63,268 nucleotides of DNA, from contig JBNLBP010000001.1 of the NCBI GenBank assembly GCA_050302495.1, forward strand, positions 1 to 63,268. The letters run 5' to 3'. The position numbers were made by a program, and so were the translations under genes. Under the pieces are notes generated by a model. That model was not told the DNA's origin and ran no database searches. It saw only the letters and a program-made list of their open reading frames with translations. The DNA comes from Candidatus Pacearchaeota archaeon. GTDB lineage: Archaea > Nanobdellota > Nanobdellia > Pacearchaeales > GW2011-AR1. This document shows, in pieces, positions 50,821-61,208 of this stretch (position 1 is the stretch's first letter; each line of letters opens with the position of its first letter).

Positions 50821-53562
50821 ATGAGTGATAAAGAATTTTCCCTAAATGTTAAGGAAATTAAGAGTAGTTACAAAAAATCTAAGCATTTCTTTATGGACAA
50901 AAGAGTACAATTAATCCTTACTGCAGTTATTTTTCTTATTATACTAATATCTGCTTCTGTAATAAGAACCTCCAATTTGGACAATCTTAAAGACATGACT
51001 ACCGGAAACTATTCTGCAGCAGATCCAGATGCTCTTTATTTCCTAAGGCTGTCCCACGTTGTTCTTGACCAAGGAAATTTAAATGGTGTTGATGCTTTAA
51101 GGGCTCCAGGTTTAAACATACCTTATCTTAAGGAGATTGCCCCTTACACAATTGTTGGAATTTACAAAATAGCTAGTGTGTTTAGCCAGGGGGCAGATCT
51201 TAACTTCATTGCGGTAATTTCGCCAGTAATATTCTTCATTTTGGGACTAATTGTCTTTTTCTTTCTCTGTTATTATTTAACAAAATCAAAACTTGTTGCT
51301 TTACTTTCTTCCGCATTTTTAGCATTTTCACCTGCATATTTGTTTAGAACTATGTCTGGAGTTTTAGATCACGATTCTATAGGTATGTTGGGAATATTTG
51401 CGACACTACTCGTTTTTGCTGTAGGCTCTAAGAGATATAATAAATCAAAAAATAAAACTTTGTTGTGGGGAGGAATTTTGGGCCTATCAACAGCATTCGC
51501 ATTGGGAGCATGGGCAGGAGGGGTTACATTCTTGTTTATGATTATACCTCTTGCAATAATTGTTAATTACTTGTTTAACCTTGAAGGGAAAAAGGAGGAA
51601 AAAGAGAAACTAATTTTATTCAATATAACTTGGCTTGTTTCATATGTAATCTTCACTAGAATCATTGGATTTGCTATGTCTGATATACTTAATCGGTTGA
51701 CAAATCCTTCAAGTATGTTGGTATTACTCGTCTTAGGTTTTATCGTGGTGGATTATCTTGTTGAAAGAAACATGAAGAAGTTGAAAATGATTAAAGAAGA
51801 AAATAGGGTTGCTTATTCTATTGTTGCAGCAATAATTTTGGGAATCTTATTATTGACTTTGACGGGAAACAATTTCTTCTCTATGGTCTCTCAAATATAT
51901 TATAAAATCTTGAATCCTTTCGGTTACGGAGGAAGATTAGGTTCCACCGTTTCAGAAAATGCCCAACCGTATCTAACCTCTTGGATAAGCCAAATAGGAA
52001 AGGGTCTGTTCGCTTTATTCTTTGCAGGAATGGTTCTTATGGGGTTTGATTTTTCTAAGAAGATCGGCTCTAAAAAACACCGTATTTATTTTGTTGCGTT
52101 TTGGATAATCCTTATATCAGGGATATTATTTAGTAGAATCTCTCAAGGCCATATACTAAACGGAGAAAATTTCATAAGTCAAATATTTTACATTGGAGGA
52201 TTTTTATTATTCCTTATTTATTTCGTAAGACTATATTTCAAAAACAGATTTGAGATAGACAAAGACATGATCTTGGTTTTCTCTTGGATGTTATTCATGT
52301 TAGTTCTTAGTAGGGCTGCTGCAAGAACAATATTTGTTGCAACACCCTTTGCATGTTTCGCTGCAAGCTATTTGCTTGTTGGGTTGGGAAAGAGATTGAG
52401 AAAACCTAGAGAAGATACGATGAAAATGATTCTTTGGTTAATTTTCATAATAGGAGTTATACTTGCATTCGTTTCTTTATTTGGAAACCCTTTAACTCAG
52501 TCTCCAGGTACGTATCAAATACTTAAGAATCAGGCGTCAGGCATCGGTCAAGCAGCAAATTATCAATGGCAATACGCAATGGAGTGGGCAAGAGATAATA
52601 CTGGAGAAGGAGATATTTTTGTACACTGGTGGGATTATGGGTATCTCGTCCAAACCCTAGCAAATAGAAAGACCGTTAGTGATGGAGGTCATGCTGCAGG
52701 AGATTCAGGAGACCATAATGTAGGGAGATACATCTTAACAACCCCTAACCCTATTACTGCCTTGAGCTATATGAAGACTTGGAATGTTTCCTATTTGATA
52801 ATTGATCCAACAGATCTTGGAAAATATGGAGCATATTCAAAGATTGGAAGTGATAAGGATTATGATAGATACTCAGCTCCATTTGCTTTAGCAAAAGAAG
52901 ATAGTCAAACTGTTGAAACTTCTTCAGGAAACAAATTTGTTTACCAAGGAAGTAGTTTTGTTGACGGAGATATCAGCTATCAAGATATATTCATCCCTGG
53001 ACCAAGCTTTACAGAATCAGGACAAGCAACTGCGAACGCATACATTATAGGATTACTTTTAGAAACCTCCGATGTGTCGGAAGGAAGAACCGAGATAAAA
53101 CAACCCCAAGCAGTATTCTACTATAAAGATAAACAATATCAAATTCCCATAAGATATGTGTATTATCAAGGAAGGATTATGGATTTCCAATCAGGTATAG
53201 AATCAACATTCGTTTTGATTCCTAAAGTAAATGAAGACTCTTTAGGGTCAATAGGCATTGATTATACAGGGGCAGGAATGTATTTATCAGAAAAAGTCTC
53301 CGATAGTCTATTTGCAAACCTTTATTTGATGGATGATCCATTCAATAAATACCCTACAATCACTCTTGCAAATTCTGAAGATGATTACGTTGTTAATGCT
53401 TTGAAACAACAGGGTGCAGAGGTTGGGGACTTTGTATATTATGGTGGTTTCAGAGGTCCTTTAAAAATTTGGAAAGTAGAATACCCTCAAGGAACTGAAA
53501 CACATGATGAATTCTTGCAGTTGACTTCTAATTGGGAAGGAGAATTAGATAAATTATTTTGA
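50821..53562 (+). CDS. aglB: archaeal oligosaccharyltransferase AglB (STT3 family)
   Basis: 913 aa; 13-TM N-terminal domain, WWDYGY motif (IFVHWWDYGYLV), large C-terminal soluble domain. Confidence 0.9.
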   Translation: MSDKEFSLNVKEIKSSYKKSKHFFMDKRVQLILTAVIFLIILISASVIRTSNLDNLKDMTTGNYSAADPDALYFLRLSHVVLDQGNLNGVDALRAPGLNIPYLKEIAPYTIVGIYKIASVFSQGADLNFIAVISPVIFFILGLIVFFFLCYYLTKSKLVALLSSAFLAFSPAYLFRTMSGVLDHDSIGMLGIFATLLVFAVGSKRYNKSKNKTLLWGGILGLSTAFALGAWAGGVTFLFMIIPLAIIVNYLFNLEGKKEEKEKLILFNITWLVSYVIFTRIIGFAMSDILNRLTNPSSMLVLLVLGFIVVDYLVERNMKKLKMIKEENRVAYSIVAAIILGILLLTLTGNNFFSMVSQIYYKILNPFGYGGRLGSTVSENAQPYLTSWISQIGKGLFALFFAGMVLMGFDFSKKIGSKKHRIYFVAFWIILISGILFSRISQGHILNGENFISQIFYIGGFLLFLIYFVRLYFKNRFEIDKDMILVFSWMLFMLVLSRAAARTIFVATPFACFAASYLLVGLGKRLRKPREDTMKMILWLIFIIGVILAFVSLFGNPLTQSPGTYQILKNQASGIGQAANYQWQYAMEWARDNTGEGDIFVHWWDYGYLVQTLANRKTVSDGGHAAGDSGDHNVGRYILTTPNPITALSYMKTWNVSYLIIDPTDLGKYGAYSKIGSDKDYDRYSAPFALAKEDSQTVETSSGNKFVYQGSSFVDGDISYQDIFIPGPSFTESGQATANAYIIGLLLETSDVSEGRTEIKQPQAVFYYKDKQYQIPIRYVYYQGRIMDFQSGIESTFVLIPKVNEDSLGSIGIDYTGAGMYLSEKVSDSLFANLYLMDDPFNKYPTITLANSEDDYVVNALKQQGAEVGDFVYYGGFRGPLKIWKVEYPQGTETHDEFLQLTSNWEGELDKLF

Positions 53563-54368
53563 GAACAATGGATGGCAAAATTAAGAATAGCTTGAAAGAG
53601 AACTATGTCAAAAGAATAGCTAATAGAGTGATGAACACGCTTTATATCTACCCTTTCTTCAAACTAAAGGGTCCTTTGAAAGGCCATACGGCAAAAATAA
53701 TTAATTTGCATTACATAGAGAGGGCTCCAGAAACTCAAGTTGCGGAAATAATTGAGAGTAAAGTAAACCTCGGAGACAAGGTAATTGATGTGGGAACACA
53801 TTTTGGATACTATACCTTACTCATGGCAAAGAAGGTTGGATCGGAAGGAAAAGTCATATGTTTTGAGCCTTCTAAAGAGACAAGAAATATTCTTAGGAAC
53901 AATATTAAGAAAAATAAATACCAAGATAGAACAATAATTGAGAGCAAAGGCGTTTCCAATGAAAGAAAAACTCTCCCATTTAGCGTTAGGAAATTTAGTC
54001 CAATGAATACTTTTACGATTGAGGAATATGGAAATGTCAAAAAAATTGAATGTATTGATTTAGACACTTATTGTAAAGAGAAGGATATTACCCCTTCTTT
54101 CCTAAAGATTGATGTAGAGGGTGTGGAAAAAGAAGTTATTGAAGGTATGAAGAAGCTAATAAGAATAAGTAAACCAAAGGTTCTCCTTGAAGCTTCAAAA
54201 GAAACAGAAGGTATGGAAGAAATATTTGATATGTTTATTAAAAATGGATACAAAGTTTACACTTGGAGAACAAGGGTTGATGAGGACTCTTGGAAAGATC
54301 TGGTTGAAATAAAAAGGCCAGGAGAAGTGATTACAAAACACATCTACTTCGAGTATCCTCTTTTCTAG
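53559..54368 (+). CDS. FkbM-family methyltransferase
   Basis: VIDVGTHFGYYT (SAM-binding) and FLKIDVEGVE motifs; 4-nt overlap with aglB; TAG stop. Confidence 0.7.
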   Translation: MRTMDGKIKNSLKENYVKRIANRVMNTLYIYPFFKLKGPLKGHTAKIINLHYIERAPETQVAEIIESKVNLGDKVIDVGTHFGYYTLLMAKKVGSEGKVICFEPSKETRNILRNNIKKNKYQDRTIIESKGVSNERKTLPFSVRKFSPMNTFTIEEYGNVKKIECIDLDTYCKEKDITPSFLKIDVEGVEKEVIEGMKKLIRISKPKVLLEASKETEGMEEIFDMFIKNGYKVYTWRTRVDEDSWKDLVEIKRPGEVITKHIYFEYPLF

Positions 54369-55471
54369 TTTATCGCTTTAGAATATATTTCTCTTAGAAT
54401 TTCATTTCTTTTTTCTATGGAAAATTTCTCTTTTGATTCTTTTATAGCATTCTTAGACATTTTATTAAGTAGTTTTTTATTCTTTATTAGCAATGAAGTT
54501 TTCTCAACAAGATTACTTATGAACGTTTCATCCATTTCAGCATACCCTTTCCAATTTTTAGGAAGATCTATTAGAAAACCTGTTTTCCCTTCAGAAACCA
54601 ATTCTGATTTTGCAAAACTATTTGTTGTTATTACAGGTAATCCGTACGCCAATGCTTCTGGAACTGCAAAACCATAAGAATCTCCAAACCCGGGGTAAAA
54701 GAATATATCTGAAGAAGGATAAATTTCTTTGAATAACTTCTCTTGAGGAATAAGGTCCATTATTTTTATCTGTTTGTTTTTAGAATACTTATCTTTAAAC
54801 TCCTTTGGAATCGGACAGAGAAATATAAATTCAACATTCTTATGATTTTTTGATAAACGATCAAAGACCTCCAAAGTTTGACGGCCCCCTTTTGCATCAA
54901 ACCACCTTGCAACGAATAAAACTCTTGTTTTTTTGTGAGGTATTTTCTTAAAATTAACGGGAGGTGTTGCGAAAGGCACAATAGCCATTTTGTCTAAGAT
55001 CTTTCTATTTCTATGGAATGCTTTTTCAAAAGTTTTTTTGCAATCTTCTGACCAAACCAATATTTTCTTACAATATTTACTCTCTAGCCTATTTCTTATT
55101 ATTGCTTTTCCTAAGCCCTTTGTGGCAGTATTTCTACCTGCAGAAGCTAATTGATCATAAACTTCAGTATCTACCACCCATGGTTTCCTATTTAAGCTTA
55201 AACAGTGAGCACAATGAATTAGATCAAAATTTCTTGAGGTAGTAAAGGTTAAGTTAGGCAAGTGGATCAGCCTCAATAATTTCCTTATTCTATTTTTGAA
55301 AACCCTCATAGATTCGAATTTCCTTCCAGATCCAATAATTTCCATTTTCTTTGAATTCTTTTTGTAGTTAACATAACTAATATTTTTTGGAGGAAAATCA
55401 AGAATGTTTTTGTAGTATGAACTATCTGGAAATTTCCATGGATATTGCAGATGAACCTTGATTTCTTTCAT
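54365..55471 (-). CDS. glycosyltransferase family 4 (GT-B, retaining)
   Basis: C-terminal YPGFGDSYGFAVPEALAYGLPVITT...GKTGFLI matches the GT4 E-x7-E region. Confidence 0.8.
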   Translation of the reverse strand: MKEIKVHLQYPWKFPDSSYYKNILDFPPKNISYVNYKKNSKKMEIIGSGRKFESMRVFKNRIRKLLRLIHLPNLTFTTSRNFDLIHCAHCLSLNRKPWVVDTEVYDQLASAGRNTATKGLGKAIIRNRLESKYCKKILVWSEDCKKTFEKAFHRNRKILDKMAIVPFATPPVNFKKIPHKKTRVLFVARWFDAKGGRQTLEVFDRLSKNHKNVEFIFLCPIPKEFKDKYSKNKQIKIMDLIPQEKLFKEIYPSSDIFFYPGFGDSYGFAVPEALAYGLPVITTNSFAKSELVSEGKTGFLIDLPKNWKGYAEMDETFISNLVEKTSLLIKNKKLLNKMSKNAIKESKEKFSIEKRNEILREIYSKAIN

Positions 55472-55523
55472 ATATATTTTGCATACCAGAAGAGTTTATA
55501 AAATTATAACCTTGATAATAAGT

Positions 55524-56717
55524 ATGGTTAAGGAAGTGGACGCGGTTTACGTTGTTGCATCCAAATTGGGAAGTATTGGAATGGGTTCTGCAGCATATAG
55601 TGCTATAAAAGGTATTGATAAATCAAAAGACATATCTTATAGAATTTTCTGTAGAGGATATAATTCTAAAGTTAAAATAAATAAAAAAAATCTTATTTCT
55701 TATGGATATTTAGAATATCTTTCTTACCCTTTTCGTTTTTTGGAGAAAAAACTTAAGATAAAGATTGATTCATTCAAATGGGTAAACTATCTTTTTGGCA
55801 AAAGAATTTATAAAAATCTGCCAAAGTGTAAGATCTACCATACTTGGATGGGGATATCTCCAGAAGCGATAAAAAAGGCAAAAAAGAACGGAGCAATATT
55901 GATTCTAGAAGCGGCAAATTCCCACCCCCTAAATTTCTTAAATCTTATTAATGAAGAATACAAAACTTTTGATTGCGATAAATTCATTTTAGAAACTGAA
56001 AAATTTAAGAAAGATGTGGAATACATAAAATCATTTGACTATATTTCTTGCCCGTCTGATTTCGTTTATAATTCTTTTTTGGAAGAAGGCTTTGCAAAAG
56101 AAAAACTAATAAAGATTAACTATGGGGTTGATGTGGACAAATTTTCTCCTTCTAGAAGAAAGAAAGATAAGAAATTTCGGGTGTTATTTGTGGGATCAAT
56201 ACAAATGAGAAAAGGAATTCCTTATTTACTAAAAGCGTGGGAAGAATTGAATTTAAAAGATTCTGAACTAGTTGTTGTAGGAAGTGTTTATCCTGAAGCT
56301 GTTCAAATTATTAAGAAATATTTAAAAAACCCTTCAATAAAATTCTGCGGTTTTAACCCTGATTTGAGGGAATACTATTCAAATGCGGATGTTTTTGTAT
56401 TTCCTTCTATTGAAGAGGGTTCTGCTTTAGTTAATTATGAGGCTATGGCTTCAGGTTTACCATTAATCACAACATTTAATTCAGGAAGTGTTGCAAGAGA
56501 CGGAAAGGAGGGATTTATTATACCTATAAGAAATACAGAGAAGTTAAAAGAAAAAATAAAATTTATGCATGACAACCCTAAAAAACGTATTCAAATGGGC
56601 AAAAATGCTAGAAAAAGAATCGAAGAATTTACTTGGGACATATACGGAAAGAAGTTATCAAATCTTTATCGAGATCTCCTGAAGAAATCAAAATATACTT
56701 CTCTTACAATTATTTAA
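55524..56717 (+). CDS. glycosyltransferase family 4
   Basis: Start chosen at MVKEVDAVYVV (the 55458 start overlaps the convergent gene); FPSIEEGSALVNYEAMASGLPLITT...GKEGFII GT4 signature. Confidence 0.8.
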   Translation: MVKEVDAVYVVASKLGSIGMGSAAYSAIKGIDKSKDISYRIFCRGYNSKVKINKKNLISYGYLEYLSYPFRFLEKKLKIKIDSFKWVNYLFGKRIYKNLPKCKIYHTWMGISPEAIKKAKKNGAILILEAANSHPLNFLNLINEEYKTFDCDKFILETEKFKKDVEYIKSFDYISCPSDFVYNSFLEEGFAKEKLIKINYGVDVDKFSPSRRKKDKKFRVLFVGSIQMRKGIPYLLKAWEELNLKDSELVVVGSVYPEAVQIIKKYLKNPSIKFCGFNPDLREYYSNADVFVFPSIEEGSALVNYEAMASGLPLITTFNSGSVARDGKEGFIIPIRNTEKLKEKIKFMHDNPKKRIQMGKNARKRIEEFTWDIYGKKLSNLYRDLLKKSKYTSLTII

Positions 56718-56736
56718 GAATAATAATGTTTATTAA

Positions 56737-57759
56737 ATGTCATTTTTTGAGGTTCTTATGGATTTAACAAATGAATATTTGAATAAAAAAGTATTGATTA
56801 CAGGCGGTGGCGGCTTTATTGGAAGCAACCTTGCAATAAAATTAGTAGAATTAGGCGCAGAAGTTTCGGTAATGGATTCGAAATTAAAGCCTTATGGGTT
56901 TAATTTGTTTAATCTTGATCCAGTGTTGGATAAAATAAATATAGATTATTCGGATATAAGGGATAGAAATGCTGTTGAAAGGAATATTGCTGGACAAGAT
57001 ATAATCTTTAATTTGGCTGCACAGGTAGGTGAAAAAGTAGGAGAGGAAAATCCTTTTTTAGACTGGGACATAAATGTTAGAGGGCACATGGAAGTATTAA
57101 ATGCATGCAAAAACAAAAATAAAGAAGCAAGAATAATATTTCCAGGTTCAAGGTTACAATATGGTAAGACAAATGGGGCAGAGATAATTTCTGAAAGCCA
57201 CCCCATGAACCCCTTAACTAATTATGCCAGAAACAAAGTCGTGGGGGAAGAAATGTACCAAAAACTTAACAAAGAGGGTTTAGAAACGGTAACATTTAGA
57301 ATTGCTAATCCTTTCGGTCCTCGTGCATCAATTAATAATCCTGGTTATTGTATTGTCAATTGGTTTATTGGTAGGGCCTTGGATGGAAAAGATTTACCCA
57401 TTTATGGAGAAGGGTCTCAGGCAAGAGATTATATTTTTATAGAAGATTTAACAGATGCTATGGCAATCGCAGGAGTCCATAAAAATTCTCCAGGAAACAC
57501 TTACAATTTAGGGTCAGGCCAGAAGACTTTATTCAAAGATATGGCTGAGAAAATAGTTGCACTTTCAGAAAATAATTATTCAAAAATAAATTTTGTTGAA
57601 TGGCCAAAAGATGCAAAAGAAAGAGAGACTGGAAATTTTGTCGCAGATATCTCAAAGATAGAAAGAGAATTGGGTTGGAAGCCTAAGTATAGTTTAGAAG
57701 AGGGTCTGAAAAGAACAATTGAATTTTATAGAGAAAATAAGAACAATTATATTGGATAA
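56737..57759 (+). CDS. NAD-dependent epimerase/dehydratase (extended SDR; UDP-sugar 4-epimerase/decarboxylase-like)
   Basis: VLITGGGGFIGSNL Rossmann motif, YARNKVVGE (YxxxK). Confidence 0.75.
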   Translation: MSFFEVLMDLTNEYLNKKVLITGGGGFIGSNLAIKLVELGAEVSVMDSKLKPYGFNLFNLDPVLDKINIDYSDIRDRNAVERNIAGQDIIFNLAAQVGEKVGEENPFLDWDINVRGHMEVLNACKNKNKEARIIFPGSRLQYGKTNGAEIISESHPMNPLTNYARNKVVGEEMYQKLNKEGLETVTFRIANPFGPRASINNPGYCIVNWFIGRALDGKDLPIYGEGSQARDYIFIEDLTDAMAIAGVHKNSPGNTYNLGSGQKTLFKDMAEKIVALSENNYSKINFVEWPKDAKERETGNFVADISKIERELGWKPKYSLEEGLKRTIEFYRENKNNYIG

Positions 57760-57841
57760 AATCACGAGAATATTTATAAAATAGAAAAAAATTCTAGATG
57801 AATGAGGAATAATTTTATTACATTTTGTAGGAGGTTATTGG

Positions 57842-58426
57842 ATGGAAGATCAAGAAAGTAAAGTTTATTTTTCGATTGGGGAGAGTATAAATGCAAAAAA
57901 ATCTTTTTATAGTCGCCCAAAAGATCTTGTTGATATTTCAAACAAAATTTATGAGTCTTTAAATAAAGGTCAAAAAATACTTGTTTTTGGGAATGGAGGT
58001 AGTGCGGCAGATGCACAACACATTGCAGGAGAGTTAGTTGGAAGGTTTAAGAAAGAACGTAAAGCTTTAGCAGCAATGGCTTTAACCACAGATACATCCG
58101 TAATAACATCATTATCTAATGATTATGATTATTCAAAGGTATTCGAGAGGCAAATTGAAGCATTTGCTAGGGAAGGAGATATTTTATGGGGAATTTCAAC
58201 CTCAGGAAACTCGGAAAACGTTATTAAAGGTCTTGAAAAAGGAAGAGAAATAGGCACTTATAATTTTTCTATGACTGGTAAAGATGGAGGCATAGTAAAG
58301 AAATTAAGTGATTTTAATATAAATATTGATTCTAAAAACACTCCAAGAATTCAGGAAGCACATCAATTGGCGTACCATATTATTTGCGAATTGGTTGAAG
58401 ATAAAATATATCATAATAATCTTTAA
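57842..58426 (+). CDS. gmhA: SIS-domain phosphoheptose isomerase (GmhA-like)
   Basis: 194 aa; ILVFGNGGSAADAQHIAGEL matches GmhA/SIS; GGAGGT 7 nt upstream. Confidence 0.7.
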   Translation: MEDQESKVYFSIGESINAKKSFYSRPKDLVDISNKIYESLNKGQKILVFGNGGSAADAQHIAGELVGRFKKERKALAAMALTTDTSVITSLSNDYDYSKVFERQIEAFAREGDILWGISTSGNSENVIKGLEKGREIGTYNFSMTGKDGGIVKKLSDFNINIDSKNTPRIQEAHQLAYHIICELVEDKIYHNNL

Positions 58427-58452
58427 AAAGAAAAACAAAGTTTTAGGAAGGT

Positions 58453-59433
58453 ATGGTAAGAAATCTTATAACAGGCACTACAGGGATGGTGGGTTCTCAT
58501 TTGGCAGAATTTCTTTTGGACAAAGGGGAAGAAGTTTATGGAACACGTCGTTGGCGAAGTAGGATGGATAATTGTAGAGGATTTGAGGACAAAATAAATT
58601 GGGTGAATATGGAATTAATTGACGCCCATTCTGTTAGAAATGCTATTGAAAGTGTAAGACCTGATGTGATCTATCATCTTGCTGCACAAAGCTATGTTGT
58701 TGATTCAAAAGATGAGCCTGTAGCCACAATGGAAATTAACGCCCATGGAACTGCTCATATTCTTGAAACCGTGAAGGAAATGAAGAAAAGAGATGGGTAC
58801 AACCCTGTTATTCATGTTTGTAGTAGTAGTGAAGTTTATGGGCAGGTGAATCCGGACGAAGTTCCAATAAAAGAAACAAACCAATATCGACCGGCCTCTC
58901 CTTATGCGATAGGAAAGCTAGGAGCAGATATGCTTGCTAGGTGGTATTTTGAAGAATATGATCTGAAGACGATACGTACAAGAATGTTTACTCATACAGG
59001 GCCAAGAAGAGGGGATGTTTTTGTAGTTTCAGCTTTTGCCAAACAAATTGCAAAAATTGAGAAAGGATTACAAAAACCAAAATTAAAAGTAGGTAATCTA
59101 GAATCTGTTAGGACTTTTGCAGATGTTAGAGATACTGTGCATGCATACTATCTCTTAACTAAGCATTGTAAGCCTGGAGAAGTCTATAACATAGGAGGAA
59201 ATAGAACAATGAAGATTGGAGAGATGTTGGATATCCTTTTAAGCTACTCTCCAATGAAAGATAAAATAGAAGTTGAAGTGGATCCGAATCTTCTAAGAAA
59301 AACTGATGTAACATATCAAATACCCGACACATCTAAGTTCAAAAAAGAAACCGGATGGGATAGCCCAATTCCTCTTGAGAAGACTTTAGAAGACACCCTA
59401 GACTATTGGAGAGGGGAATTTAAGAATGAGTAA
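58453..59433 (+). CDS. gmd: GDP-mannose 4,6-dehydratase family (NDP-sugar 4,6-dehydratase)
   Basis: LITGTTGMVGSHLAEFLLDKGEEVYG and catalytic ASPYAIGKLGADMLARWY closely follow Gmd motifs (ITG-TGQDGSYLAEFLL, SPYAxAKLY). Confidence 0.8.
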   Translation: MVRNLITGTTGMVGSHLAEFLLDKGEEVYGTRRWRSRMDNCRGFEDKINWVNMELIDAHSVRNAIESVRPDVIYHLAAQSYVVDSKDEPVATMEINAHGTAHILETVKEMKKRDGYNPVIHVCSSSEVYGQVNPDEVPIKETNQYRPASPYAIGKLGADMLARWYFEEYDLKTIRTRMFTHTGPRRGDVFVVSAFAKQIAKIEKGLQKPKLKVGNLESVRTFADVRDTVHAYYLLTKHCKPGEVYNIGGNRTMKIGEMLDILLSYSPMKDKIEVEVDPNLLRKTDVTYQIPDTSKFKKETGWDSPIPLEKTLEDTLDYWRGEFKNE

Positions 59434-60496
59434 AGAAGTAAAAGTAAAATTAAATCATTTTTCTGGGGAATATGAAAATGATGAAGAGTATTATGAGAAA
59501 TATTGGTCAATTAAAGTTTTGTTAGATAATTTTAATGTAAAAATTGTAGATAATGTGAAAGAGGCGGATGTTATATTTGAACAGTGTACAAGAGGAAGTA
59601 ATTATAATTTTTTAAATGAAAAGAATAAAAAAATAGTGCTCTTTTCTTCAGAAGATCTATATAAAAAAAGAGATATTTTTAATTTAATAGAATCCTTTCT
59701 TTATAAGGTAGGATTGGGGGATAAAAAGTGGAAAATTATAGATAAACTAGATAGTATTATTCCTTCAAGTATCTCAAGCATTCCATTGAAATATTTTCTA
59801 CCAAAACATTTGAAGTTTGTGAGAAAAATTTCAGAAGGAAAAATAAAAAATGCATACGCAATTGTTCAAAATGATATAAAAGGGGAAAACATCTTGATAA
59901 TTCCCTGTTTCTTGCATGTTTTTTATTATAATTTGAAAGATTTCACAAAAAAGAAAAAACAGGAATCAAGTAAAAGGAAGAAATTTTGTGCGTTTATTGT
60001 ATCTAGCAATTCCTCTAGGGAAAGGGTTAAATTTTTTAAGAAATTGTCCAAATACAAGAAAATTGATTCTTATGGAAGGGTCATGAATAATATGGGAGAT
60101 AGTATTTTTAATGGCCACTGGAGTGGAACCCACCCGGAGATATATAAAGACTATAAATTCGTGATTTGTTTTGAGAATAGTTTTACAAAAGAGTATATTT
60201 GTGAGAAATTGCCTAGGACTATGCTTTCTGGAGCAATACCTATATTCAGAGGTGCTCCAAACATTGGAGAATATTTCAATAAAAAATCTTTCATTAATTA
60301 TGATAATTATGGAAGTTATGAAAATATGATAAAGAAAATTATTGAGTTGGATAGTGATGATAAAAGATATGAATCATTCCTAAGAGAACCTTGGTTCAAA
60401 GATAACAAGATTCCAAAGATATTTAGAGATAAAGAGAAAGAATTAATTCAATTTTATACCAAGATTTTTGGACCTCCAAAGAGAAAATTAAAATGA
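59426..60496 (+). CDS. glycosyltransferase family 10-like alpha-(1,3)-fucosyltransferase homolog
   Basis: Both FucT signature regions present: KKFCAFIVSSNSSRERVKFFKKL...GRVMNNMG and YKFVICFENSFTKEYICEKL...GAIPIFRG (cf. H. pylori FASFVASN...R..F / YKFSLAFENS..YVTEK..IPIY-G). Confidence 0.7.
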   Translation: MSKEVKVKLNHFSGEYENDEEYYEKYWSIKVLLDNFNVKIVDNVKEADVIFEQCTRGSNYNFLNEKNKKIVLFSSEDLYKKRDIFNLIESFLYKVGLGDKKWKIIDKLDSIIPSSISSIPLKYFLPKHLKFVRKISEGKIKNAYAIVQNDIKGENILIIPCFLHVFYYNLKDFTKKKKQESSKRKKFCAFIVSSNSSRERVKFFKKLSKYKKIDSYGRVMNNMGDSIFNGHWSGTHPEIYKDYKFVICFENSFTKEYICEKLPRTMLSGAIPIFRGAPNIGEYFNKKSFINYDNYGSYENMIKKIIELDSDDKRYESFLREPWFKDNKIPKIFRDKEKELIQFYTKIFGPPKRKLK

Positions 60497-61149
60497 ACAA
60501 TATTTTTTATGGAATACTTTCTGTAGGGTTTGACATCGATCAAACAATGTACGCAAAAAATAGTGAAATAGACTTAATTATTCAAGATGAAATTGCGAGG
60601 AAGATTCTTGAAATAAAACCTTCTTTCAATAATCTTGAATCAGCAAAAGAATTTTCTGAAAGAAGATATTCTGAATTAGGGAGCCGAACAAGTGTGTTAG
60701 AAGAGGTTGGCTATAAAAATGCTCAAGAAATCTTGTACGGATGCATTTCAAGTGATAAAACAATAAACCCTCTCCAGAAAGACGAAAGGCTTCAGGAAAT
60801 GATTTCAAGATTGGGACATAAATATGATCTTTTTTTAATAACTAATAATTCGGAGGATATTGCGACTAAAAAATTAGATCGATTAGGTGTTGACAAGTCT
60901 TTATTTAACCTAAAATTTTATGGAGACACATTACCTGGAATAAAAAAATCTGATGGTTCTTTGTTCAAATATTTCCTAAGTAGGTCCAAACATTCCCCTG
61001 AAAACCACATATATGTCGGAGATAGCCTTAATGCAGACATAATCCCTTCTAAAAAGCTAGGTTTCAAAACAATTTGTGTAGGAAATCACTTTCTTGAAGC
61101 GAATTATTCTGTTAAAGAAATTTATGATATAGAAAATCTTCTTCTATAA
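60493..61149 (+). CDS. HAD-superfamily hydrolase (subfamily IA-like)
   Basis: Motif I VGFDIDQTM, motif IV YVGDSLNADI; 4-nt overlap with upstream gene. Confidence 0.6.
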   Translation: MNNIFYGILSVGFDIDQTMYAKNSEIDLIIQDEIARKILEIKPSFNNLESAKEFSERRYSELGSRTSVLEEVGYKNAQEILYGCISSDKTINPLQKDERLQEMISRLGHKYDLFLITNNSEDIATKKLDRLGVDKSLFNLKFYGDTLPGIKKSDGSLFKYFLSRSKHSPENHIYVGDSLNADIIPSKKLGFKTICVGNHFLEANYSVKEIYDIENLLL

Positions 61150-61208
61150 GGCAATTTAGGGTAACCTAGGACATAAATTCTTTTAAAGGAATCACCCATC
61201 AAATATTA

